Part shown: positions 23,116-34,700 of the stretch, piece after piece | How positions within the stretch are numbered: the first letter of the stretch is position 1 | Layout of the letters: every line of letters begins with the position of its first letter | From: Macrostomum hystrix | Taxonomy: Eukaryota; Animalia; Platyhelminthes | DNA: 64,000 nt | Reading direction: 5' to 3' | NCBI GenBank assembly: GCA_950097015.1 | Contig: CATNEN010000038.1 | Coordinates: 5,084,001-5,148,000, forward strand | Notes under the pieces: generated by a model | Told to the model about the DNA's origin: nothing | Databases searched by the model: none | What the model saw: only the letters and a program-made list of their open reading frames with translations | Program-made: the position numbers and the translations under genes

Positions 23116-26100
23116 TTAAACAATTGCCACAGATCGCAGCTGCACCAGAAAAACTTCAAACTTTTCCGCGAAAACCAGTCTCGCCGATCTTTCAGGAAAT
23201 CGCCGAATAGCGCCGGCTTCAGCGCAGCTGGCCGAAGCTTCCAGCACGGCGGCGGCCAGCTGGGACAGGGCGCCAACCAGACGCTCGCGTTGCTCGGCAA
23301 TGGCAGCGGAGGAGGCCGCGGCAGCTAATGCGGCTAGCCAGGAGTCGGCCAGAGCGGCGAAGATGGCCGGCTCAGCCAGCCACAGGGCCAGGACGGCGTC
23401 AGAGACGGCCGAAGCCGAGTCCAGGCCGTCGATGGTGGCGACGGCGGCTGCCACGGCGGCGGCGGCAGCAGTCGGATTCGACGCTGCCGTCGTTGACGAT
23501 GGCGATAGCAGGGCGGCCAGCAGGGGCCCCGCGTGGCTACCGGAGAACGGCCAGCCGGCGGCGGCCTGAGCCGAAATGCACTCGCAAGCCAGCCGGCGAC
23601 TGTCCGAGGGCTGCGGAGTGCGCGAGATGAGATTAGAAGCCAGAGCCATGTCTGTTCCCCAGTCTGTAACAGTCCTTCTTATTTGAGTAAAGCTCTACCC
23701 TAGTCAGTGCAGAGCACTATCACAAATCTGTACACCGACACTCACAAGCTCGCCAGCCAGCGCAGGCCGCAGGCAGCCTATCGTCAGGCTGTTCAGGGCT
23801 TGCTCAGGCATAGCCAGCAGTTTCTCCGGCGCAGCTTCGGCCGCAGCCACAGCCAGCCGCAGTGTCGGCTCGGCCAGCTCTGCCGGATCTTCGGCCATCC
23901 GGACGGCCACGGCTGGCAGGAGGTCGGCAAATCCGGCGATGGCCGCCGAAGAGGCGGCGTTGGCGGCAGAAGCTTCGTCAGCGGCTTCAGAGTCCAAGTC
24001 CAGATGCTCCTCTGGCTCGGTCCAGAAGTCCACAAGCGATTGTGACAGCATGCTGTGCAGCAAGCCGAGCAGCTGGGCCAGGTCGCCGGCCTCGGCTGGC
24101 GGTGACCGACGCTGGCCGACGATGCGGCAGAGCCGGCCGGCGACGGCCTGCAGGCGACGGGCGGTCTGAAGAGGCGAAGGGTGAGCGGCAGTGGAAGCAT
24201 TTATATGTACAGGTCTGTCACTATCAGTCAATCAGGCAGCCAACAGTGCTCGAAGGCGCACCTGTCCTTGGCCGCTAGTTGGCGCAGCGGCAGCGGTGAC
24301 GCAGGCACCGGCCAGGCGGACCAGCGGGCTGAGCAGGGCTGGCGCAGCGCCGGCCTCCAGCGCCGGCATCGTTGAAGCGGCTTCAGCCAGCGGCAGCAGG
24401 GAGGCTTCGGCGATAGCGGCGTCGCGACAGCCGGCCAGCCCATCAAGGATCTGGCCGAGCTCAGACTGGGCCGAGCCGCCAGAGCTGATTAGGTCGGCAG
24501 CTCGCTGGCGCAGCCGCCCGATGCTCATCGCCCAGTAGGCCTGTTCGCGCTCCTGGGCACCCTTGCCAATGCCTTGATGCTGCTGCTGCTGCTGCTGGTG
24601 ATGATCAGCCGCCGTTGATAAGGCTCGTCCAGCTTGCACAACGGCGCGAATGGCACTGGACAGGGCCGCGCCGGACATCCGGGTCAGAGGTGGAGCCATC
24701 GAGCCAATGTCCTGAGCCAGCTGCCACCAGTTGGGCAGGCTGGCCACCAAGGAGGAGAGAAAGTTCAGCTTGGAGGTGCGGCGCACTCGGGTGCCAGAGC
24801 TGCCGCAGTACTTGATGCTGCGATTATTGAGGGAGAAACATGACAGCTGAGATTTACATTTGGTTAGTGATCCATACAAAAATGATACAAGGGATTAGGA
24901 TGGTTTAGTGACCCATGGGGAGCTCGCACCGGCGGGACACAATGCCTGTGTGGTATGAGTCAGACCAGGCCTACGGGCTAAGGTCTGCGATGCCTCACAC
25001 CTGCAGTCGTTTTTTGAGCAGGTTTGGCAGGAAGGAGACCTGTGCCTCCGGGTGAAGGAATCCTCTCCACGTTGTCCCGTCAGCTGACCCATGGGTACAC
25101 GTCCCGCGAGTGTTCAAGGCTGACCCTAGGGCAGCCGGACAGAATGGGCAACAGCGCTGGACGACCCATCCAGGGCCTCCGGCCTAACTGGGTACCTCTA
25201 GCCCCGGTTGGAGGGAAAGGTGTCACCCTTTGACCTTAACAGGGTATGCGGCCAGTCCGCAGCGTTCGTGCACCTGTGCGTGATCAGGTACCTCTGGCTA
25301 CGGCTCTGAGGAAAAGGTGTCACCCTTTGACCTTAACAGGGTATGCGGCCAGTCCGCAGCGTTCGTGCACCTGTGCGTGATCAGGTACCTCTGGCTACGG
25401 CTCTGAGGGAAAGGTGTCACCCTTTGACCTTAACAGGGTATGCGGCCAGTCCGCAGCGTTCGTGCACCTGTGCGTGATCAGGTACCTCTGGCTACGGCTC
25501 TGAGGAAAAGGTGTCACCCTTTGACCTTAACAGGGTATGCGGCCAGTCCGCAGGCCTCGGCGCTGGCCAAATAGCGCCCTCTAATGTCCCAGTGTTGACC
25601 GTGCTGATGGACGCTTGACCAGGGAGTAGTCTGGCCTCCTACGGTTCCTCCCGGTGGTCCTGGCATCCCACCCCGGGTTGTAACTTGTCTTTTTTGGCTG
25701 CCCCCGCTCAGCTTTGGGACCGCGGCTGAGCGGGTTATTCCTGCCTGTGTCTACAGGAAGCCCCTCTCCTCATTGCAGCTTTCAAATGGCTTCCAGCCTA
25801 CCAACTGCTCCGGCCGAGGACACCATGGTGCCCGAGGCCATACACGCTGCGGCGCCCGGGCTAGCTGGCCCCGCGACCGCCACAAATGCCGCGCTGCCCA
25901 ACTCGCGCGACGACCGGGGCGCTAAGCGCTCCTCAACCTCTGGAGCGGCGAAGCGTCGTAGGCGCTTAATGGCCCACGGCAAGCCGGCTCCATCGACCGA
26001 GGACCGGGCCCAGACCAGAGGGGCCGAAGGGGCTCTGCCTAGGGCGGGGGCTGGGGCGGGGGGCCTTGCGCCTCCTGCCCAGGCTCCTGCACGGGGCGGA

Positions 26101-29100
26101 GCCCTCGACGCCCCGAGGCCAGGGTCGCGGGCCAAGGAGGTCCCGGCGCCCATCCGGACGGCGGCTCGGCCTGAAGGAGAAGCGGAGGCAGAGGGCCCTG
26201 TGCCCACCGCCGACGCTGATCCCGAGGGTGGGGTCGCCACCGGACAGGGCCCGGGACCACATGCCACCTACGCCGCCATCGCACGTAGGCAACCTGCCGT
26301 TGTCATCACCGGCAGAGACGAAAAAAGGCTGAGCAGCGAACAGCTCAGCAACATTTGCCGCAACATAGATGCTATGCTGTGGCAACTCCAACTGAAGGGC
26401 GAGCCCCTGGCGGTCGGCGCAAGCGCTACCAGGGAATCGTGCTTCGTCGTCTGGCCCGGCGACGCGGAATCAGGGCGGCGGCTCCTTGAGTTGCTGCCCA
26501 CGCAGAGCTGGGCGGCTGGCCTCGACTTCCTCCGGGAGAACGAGCCACCAAAGACCAAGCGACACCGCATTTTCGTCCCGGCGAAAAGTGTCGTCACCAG
26601 CGCTGAGGACCTCCGCATGGGCCTCATCGCGATGAACCGGGAGCTGCCGACAGCGGGCCTGATCGTGCACCGCACGATCCTGCGCCCCGATGGCACCGGA
26701 TTTACCGCCATTCTGGGCCTGTCCGAGCAATGGACACGCCGTTACCCAGATGGCGCCAACATCTGCATCGGTCTGTGGAAGACCAAAATCTTCGCCTTCG
26801 AGGCAGATAAATCTCGAGGTCAGACCGGGCCCACCACCGTACCGGCCACTGAAGGGTCCTCGGACCCCGAGGCTGGGACTGGGGGCAGGGCCCAGTCGTC
26901 TCGCCAAAAAAGGCCAGAGCGTGCCATCGCTGGCAGCTCTGAGCGTCGCCCCGCGCGCATCACAAAGCGCCGGGGCCTTCTCCAGCGGGCCTCCGAGGTG
27001 GTGCGAACCGCCAGGATGGCCCAGCTGCGCGCTGAGATGCGCGGTGGCCCACCGGGGCAGGCGCCGCAACCAAGGGCTACGGGGGAGGCCTCTAAGGTGC
27101 CCAGCTCCATCGAGCAGGGCCCTTCGAGCGCCCCTCCCACGGCCCAGGGTGCGGTGTCGGCACCGGTTGAGGGTGACTCTGGGCCTGGGCTCAGGGCCGG
27201 GGGTGGGGACTGGGCGGCTGACCCCGTCGAGTTCCCGCCTCTGGCTCGGGGCCGGGGCACGGAGGAGCCCATGGCTACCGACATCGACCCGGAGGAGGAG
27301 GACCGCCTTCTGGCTGAGTCCCCCTCCAAGTAGACCTCTGCCTGCATGATGATCCCCGGAATATCATGTCTGCAAGTTAACACCCAGCACTGCGTGGCAG
27401 CATCAGTCAATCTGATGCGCACGACAGAGCGCACGATGCCGGGCCTTGTACTTGTGCAGGAGCCCTGGTTATCAAAAAACAAGCCAAGTAACATTCCTGC
27501 TGGCTATGACTGCTTCTGCATGGCAGACTCTGTCCGCCCTAGATCACTGATCTATGCTGCAAAAGCCTTAAATGCGTGGATGAGACCCGATCTCTCTAAC
27601 GGGGACATCTGCGTCATCCAATCTGCACACATTGTGCCCAACAAGTTGACCCTCGTGGCATCCGCCTACCTGGCAGGCGACGCCCCCGTGGTCAGCGATA
27701 CCCTCGTCGCCCTCTGTGATTTCGCCAGGGCACGAAATTTTGAGCTGCTCCTCGCGGGAGATGCAAACTCGCATCACACCCACTGGGGTAGCTCAAAAAT
27801 CAATGACCGCGGCGAAGAGCTCCTGGCCTTCGTTAGCGGCACGCCTCTTAACTTCTGCAATGTGGGCAACACGCCCACGTTCGACAATGGGCGGTGGGCT
27901 GAGGTGCTTGACGTCACCCTGGCCTCACCCGGCATCCTCCCAAAGGTGCTGGGGTGGGAGGTGTGGGAGACCGAAAGCTCGCTCTCGGACCACCGCTTCA
28001 TTCGCTTCAACATCGGTACCCCCGATAAGAAGCAAAAGCCTATCTGGAGGCGTAATGTCAGAAACACCGACTGGCCCGTGTTCAGCCAAAAGCTGCATGA
28101 GGGCCTTCGGGATTCCGACCCCTCCATGGCCATGGCAACCACGCAGGACCTAGATGGAGTGGCTGCCCTGCTGGGCGGCGCCATCACAGAGGCCTACGAA
28201 ATGGCTTGCCCGCTCAAAGCCTACAAAGGCAAAAAATCGGCCCCCCTGGTGGAACCCCGAGCTCGGAGTCCTGAGACGCCGAGCTAAGGCTCTCCAGAGG
28301 AGGTTGAAAATCTCGCACGACCCTGATGACAAAGAGGCCTATACTCGCGCCATCCATGAGTTTAAGGGCCGGGTCAGAAGGGCAAAAGCGGACAAGTGGC
28401 GACAATACTGCGAAGGGCTTGAGGGCTCGCGGCCCACGGCCCGCGTGGTAAAGGCGCTCACCAACGACCGCTTCTCCAAGCTCTCATCGATCAAAAAGCC
28501 AGACGGCTCGATCACGGAGCGCCCGGAGGAAACGCTCGAGCTTATGCTAGGGCATTTCTTCCCGAGTGTACCGGCGCACTTTGGCCCAGACGACCACTCA
28601 CGTGGAGGTCAGGGCCTGGCTCAGTCACTCGTCACGAATGACCGCATCGTTCGCGCGGCAAAGTCATTCAACCCTTTCAAAGCACCTGGGCCAGATGGTA
28701 TTTATCCCGCCTTTTTGCATGAAGCGGTCAAAAATGGCCGCTTCCTCCATCTCCTCTGCAGACTTCTACGGGCCTGCATCGTGCTGGGCTATGTACCAGC
28801 GCTGTGGCACGAAGCCCGGGTCGTCTTCATCCCGAAGCCCGCCAAAGGCGACTATCGCTCGGTCAAATCCTATCGCCCGATAAGTTTGACTTCCACCTGC
28901 CTCAAGCTCATGGAAAGACTGGTGCTTTGGCGCCTTCTTACTGTAGAGCTAGGGCGGGCCCCGCTCTCCCCAAACCAGCACGCCTTTCGGGCGGGCCGGT
29001 CCACGGAGAGCGCCCTCCACTGCATCGTGGAGACTCTCGAGAAGGCAGTGCTGGGCAGCGGTTTTGCCCTGGCTGTCTTCCTAGACATTGAGGGGGCCTT

Positions 29101-31680
29101 CGATAACGTTGTTTTCGAAGCTTTTGAGGAGGCCCTGGTCTCCAGGGCCACTCACCCCCACCTCGTTCGCTGGGTCATGTACATGATCCGGCATCGCCAC
29201 GTGGTGGCCCACCTCGAAGGAAGGCTGCTCTCGGCACCTGTCCTAAAAGGAGGGCCCCAAGGCGGCGTCCTCACCCCACTGCTGTGGAATCTCGTCATGG
29301 ATGAGCTGCTGAAAAGCACTCGTCCAGACCCAGTCCTGAAGGTGGGATATGCCGACGATGTGACCGCCATCTGCGCGGGCCCCTCGGCGGAAACCACCAG
29401 AGACCTCATCCAGGGCTTTATCAACAGGGCGGTGCGCTGGGCGGACCAATGCGGGCTCCGACTCTCTGAGTCCAAGACCGTTGCGGTTATGTTTACCAGC
29501 AAACTGCTCTGGACCATTAAGCCTCTGACTCTCTATGGCAAGAATATTGCCATGGAAAAGCAGGTCCGGTGCCTTGGTCTCGTGCTAGACCATAGGCTTA
29601 ACTGGACCCCACACATCACCACAAAGGCCAAGAGGGCCCTGGCCATACTGGCGCAAGTCAGGCGTGCCGTGGGCACCACCTGGGGGCTAACCCCCAAGAA
29701 CCTTTGGTGGATTTACACGGCGATCATTAGACCGTCCGTCGCTTACGCTGGCCTCATCTGGGCCAGCGCCATGGGCATCCAGAAAAACCTGGAGGCGCTT
29801 TATAGGGTGCAGGGCAGAGCCTGTCGTATGACGCTGGGCGCCCCACCCTCCACTCCCTTCGAAGGCATGAATGCTTTCCTCAACGCTACACCCATTGACA
29901 TTTTCGTCAAGGGGGAAGCAGCAAAGTCCACCCGTCGTCTTCTTGATGCGGGTGTCTCCTTCCAGAATTCGCGAGCCTTCTCGAAGCGCTCCCTTCTGCC
30001 TCACTCTGACCTCTGCCTGAAAACTCTGGGCGAGTGCGGAGGGCTCACCATCCTTTCGGACGGGGCCCCGGCCACTTTACTCCGGAGCCACAGGTACAAA
30101 GTCAGCATCTCCCCTCGTAACGAGGTTAAGGACTGCTGGGATGACCCGGCAGTCCACTGTTACACTGACGGCTCTCTGATGAACGGTAAATCGGGATTCG
30201 GAGTGTGCGTCGCCTCGGGTGGTGAGGTCCTCTGGACCCACTCCCAATACTGTGGCAAGAGCTCTAGCGTTTTCCAAAACGAAGTGCTCGCCATCAGCTT
30301 CTGTGCGGCTGAGCTGCGCCAGAGGCAGCTGGCTGGTCGGAGGATCTTTTTTCACTCCGACAGTCAAGCAGCCCTCAAGGCCCTCAGCCGCTGCACCTCT
30401 CGCTCCAGAACCACCTTGGACTGCAACACCCAGTTAAACGGGTTGGCGCAGTCTAACAAGGTGGAGCTGCTGTGGATCCCTGGGCATGCCGGGTTCACAG
30501 GGAATGAGATGGCGGACCAGCTTGCTAAGGCTGGAGCAGCCAGCTCCCTGATGGGCCCGGGCCCGGAGTCCCCGATCCCCATCTCAGTTGTCAACTCCAG
30601 CATCAACTGCTGGATGGAGACCCAGCACCGGAGGAGGTGGTCCAGCACCCCGAACTGTCGCCAGTCCAGGGCTGCGGTGCCAACCCCCTCTAGTAACCTG
30701 CGTAAGGCCTTACTCAGGCTTAACCGCAGAGACCTAAGAGCAGTCACTATGGCTCTTTCGGGACATGGCTGCTTCACCAGACACCGCTACCTTCAAGGCC
30801 ACGTGCCTGAGGAAACGTGTCCCTTCTGCTGCTCCGGACGCGAAAATGCAGAGCATTTCATCTGCCACTGCCCGGCCTTCACCCGGGCCAGGCTAAAACA
30901 TCTCGGGCCGGCACCGACTCTCGCCGAAGCTTGCTCGCCCGAGAACATCCCACAGCTCGCCCACTTCCTCCGGGATACCGGCCGAGCTGATTTCTTCCCA
31001 GCCTATGGCGAGGAAGATCGCGCGGCGGAATCGACCGACGGACCACCCTGAGCGGCACCGCCTCGCTGGAGGCTGTCTGGCTGCCAGGGGTTAGCGATAT
31101 GGGCGGCATCAGCCGCCTCCTCGCTGCGTCCGTCATGGAGGCTCCCTGCCGCTAAGTCAAGTAAGTCAAGACCCATGGGGATCATGGGAATCTGAGAGGA
31201 TTATTGACCCATTTTAGGCATCTGAGAGGATTAGTGACCCACATTGGGGATTTGAGAGGATTAGTGACCCACATTGGGGATTTGAGGGGATTAGTGACCC
31301 ACATTGGGGATCTGAGAGGATTAATGACTCATCATGAAGTGAGTGAGTCAGTTGCTCACCAGTCTCGCCTCTCGGTGAGCGCGCACATCAGCCCGGCAGC
31401 TTCGGCCGTCAACTCCGGCTCGTCGGGCCACCTAGCCAGGCAGATTCGGCAGAAGTCCACGGCAAACTCGGCGCAGCAGCGAAGCGATTCGCCACTGTCC
31501 TGACCAAATGCGGCCAGCACAGCCGGGCTGACTGTGTCATAGAGAGACTCGTCCAGGCCGAAGTAGACTCGGGAGAGACGGGAGAGAAGCCAGGCAATGT
31601 CGGTGAGCACCTAGTGAGATGCGAAGCGAGGGCATATCTTTTAGAATAACTAAGACAGACAGACAGAGAGACAGACAGAC

Positions 31681-31713
<33 letters not shown>

Positions 31714-31728
31714 GGCAGGCAGGCAGGC

Positions 31729-31797
<69 letters not shown>

Positions 31798-34700
31798 GGG
31801 AGACAGACAGACAGACAGGCAGACAGACAGACAGGCAGACAGAAGGAGGTCGGCTCACCAGCGGGCTGGGCTCCGGAGCGGACCGGGAGAGCCGGCAGGC
31901 GAGTCGCAGCACAGCCGCCACGAGCCGGAGGAGGCGGTCCACTCTGCCGGATCCGGGAGAGCCGCCGCCCTGGCATGCCTCGCACAGAGCTCGGACGGTG
32001 TCGCCAACATCGGCGGACTGGGCCAGCGAGTCCGTCATGAGAGCGCGAGGCACAAACGGAGCGGCCTCCTCGGCGTCGGGTTCGATAACGGCGTGACCAA
32101 TCACAAGCAGCAGCCAATGAACGTCCTCTGAGGCCGACCAGACAGCGCTGGCAGCTGAGCCGACCAGCACCTCCGTGCGCCTCTCCAACGCCTCGGCCAG
32201 AGCAGTCAGGGCGAAGGAGGGCACGCGGCGAGCGAATTCGCCGGCTGCGGCCAGAGCCGAAGCGAAGCGCACCTGATCCGTGTCCTCCAGCTCGTGAACT
32301 GATTCGTCGTCGTCGGCCTCGTCGGCTGATCTCTGGGCAGCTGCCAGGCCGCGGAATCCGTCCGGCGGGGCCAGGCGAGAGCGCATCAGAGCCGCGAACA
32401 GGGTCTCGGCGATGGGACCGACGACTGCGGCGGCGGTGTCCGGAGCTTGAGCGCCAGCGAGATCAGCTGCGGTGCCAGCTGAGGTTTGCATTGATATCAG
32501 GGGCTTGAAATCTTTATCACGAGGTAAAGCAAAGAAAAATGCCTCAAGAACTCCCCCCAGGCACTTAAAGAACGACCTAAAAGCCTTCAAGAAGTACCTA
32601 AAAGCTCTCAAGTACAACCCAGCTTGCCGTCATACCATCGAGCAGTCCGCCAGAAGCATCAGCGGCAAACAGATGCGCCCAGGCGTCTAACAGGCTGTCG
32701 GCTGCTGCTGTCGCCGCCTCAGACGCGGCCGAAGCTGTGGCTGCAGCCTCCAGCGAGCGTACAGTCAGCTGAGCGGCTTGCCCAGCTAGGCCAGCTGGCA
32801 GGCGATCCAGCGAGCTGCAGCAGCCGCTGTGCTGGCACAGATTATAGAAGATGCTGGCCAAGCCAGCCAGCTCAGCGCCATCCGAATCCGGTGACGGCAT
32901 TCGCTGCTGCAGAGCCACGCAGTACAATCCGGCCAGGCTGGCGAAGTAGGCCTCCTTAGCCGAATGATTAGCGAATACTCCGGGTCCGCTTAGAGAGGCC
33001 AACTGGGCTAGGCAAGACAGGCAAAGCCGCACCAACTCGCAGCTGTTGGAGTCGCCATGCTGCTGCTGCTGCTGCTGCTGCTGATACTGCCGCAGGTTGG
33101 ATAGCAGGTTAAAAAGGGCCGGAAGCAGGCTCGGATCCAGTAACACAGCGCGCCATTGCTCATTGGGTCTAAGAATGCCGGCTGGACCAGACTGAAAAAC
33201 ATGATTATAAATCAGATTCTAAGAAACATGTCGGCGCCAGACAATTTAAGCAGAAGTTGCTCTGCTAATGCGCTAAGTAGAATCCAACCAATTTTTTGTC
33301 AATTAAGTCTTCTATAATCTATCTTCACTATCTAATCATAGAATCTTCCATAAGCACAAAAATCTTCCCAGTTCATTTAGAATCTTTCCAGCTCATTTAG
33401 AATCTTCCCAGCTCATTAGGAATCTTCCCAGTTCTATTAGAATCTTCCCAGCTCATTTAGAATCTTCCCAGTTCATTAAGAATTTTCCCAGTTCATTAAG
33501 AATCTTCCCAGTTCATTTAGAATCTTCCCAGTTCATTAAGAATCTTCCCAGTTCATTTAGAATCTTCCCAGTTCATTAAAAATCTTCCCAGTTCATTAAG
33601 AATCTTCCCAGTTCATTAAGAATCTTCCCAGTTCATTAAGAATCTTCCCAGTTCATTAAGAATCTTCCCAGTTCATTAGGAATCTTCCCAGTTCATTAAG
33701 AATCTTCCCAGTTCATTAAGAATCTTCCCAGTTCATTAAGAATCTTCCCAGTTCATTAAGAATCTTCCCAGTTCATTTAGAATCTTCCCAGCTCATTAAG
33801 AATCTTCCCAGTTCATTAAGAAACTTCCCAGTTCATTAAGAATCTTCCCAGTTCATTAAGAAACTTCCCAGTTCATTAAGAATCTTCCCAGTTCATTTAG
33901 AATCTTCCCAGTTCATTAAGAATCTTCACAGCTCATTTAGAATCTTCACAGCTCATTTAGAATCTTCCCAGCTCATTTAGAATCTTCCCAGCTCATTTAG
34001 AATCTTCCCAGCTCATTTAGAATCTTCCCAGCTCATTTAGAATCTCCCCAGCTCATTTAGAATCTTGCCAGTTCATTTAGAATCTTCCCAGCTCATTTAG
34101 AATCTTCCCAGCTCATTTAGAATCTTTTTAACGATTTCAGAGCATTCACACATTTTTAAAGCATTCGAGCCCACCTGCAGCCCGGCCAGTCTTCTAGGCA
34201 GACGCTTCGGCAGAAAATCCCAGCTTAATGCGCATTCCATCGCCTGCAACAGCAGCAGCAGCAGGTCAGCGCACATTGCGACATTCTCAACGGAGGCGGC
34301 AGACACAGAGGCGCATCTGACGCACAGCACGAATGCGCGCACCAGGCCCGCCTCTTCAAACTGCCTGCGGCGCCTGGCGTGCTCCTCCCAGGCCAGTCCG
34401 CAGCGGCCCAGCTGGAACTCGCACAGCAGGGCGCGCAGGCCGGCGCAGGCCAGCAGCTGGGCTGGACGATCCGCGCCCGGCTGCATCAGCAGCTGCTCCA
34501 TCTCGTCAAGCATCCGGTCAGCGGTGTCGCACAGTTTGGCCATTGTGCAAATGGCTAGCAGCACCTGCGGTCAGATATGGAGTCAAGGCTAATAAGCTGC
34601 CTGCACGTGTCCTATTCTGACACCCACACCAATCCCATCCTGACACCCACACCAATCCCATCCTGACACCCACACCGATCCCATCCTGACACCCACACCT

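Larger units (their letters stand above)
24922..31169 (+). mobile_element. Full-length non-LTR retrotransposon (LOA/Lian-like), antisense within XPO4 intron 5
   Basis: 12-bp TSD GACCCATGGGGA at 24910-24921 and 31170-31181. ORF1 plus APE-RT-RNaseH-CCHC ORF2; 3' tail (TAAGTCAAG)2. Clade call is from domain order and RT motifs recalled from memory. Confidence 0.93.

Noticed and set aside
25211-25553. CRISPR-like array or hammerhead ribozyme in the 97-bp repeats (CTGAGGA followed by a stem)
   Set aside because: There are no unique spacers. The stem is followed by GACC rather than the required GAAA, and the CUGANGA match is absent from alternate copies.
25782-30777. Multiple antisense and alternate-frame ORFs within the retrotransposon
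   Set aside because: Expected shadow ORFs of GC-rich coding sequence.
31095-31165. Second HDV-like motif (GCCTCCTCGCTGCG) in the 3' UTR
   Set aside because: No consistent P1, P1.1 or P2 pairing can be built around it.
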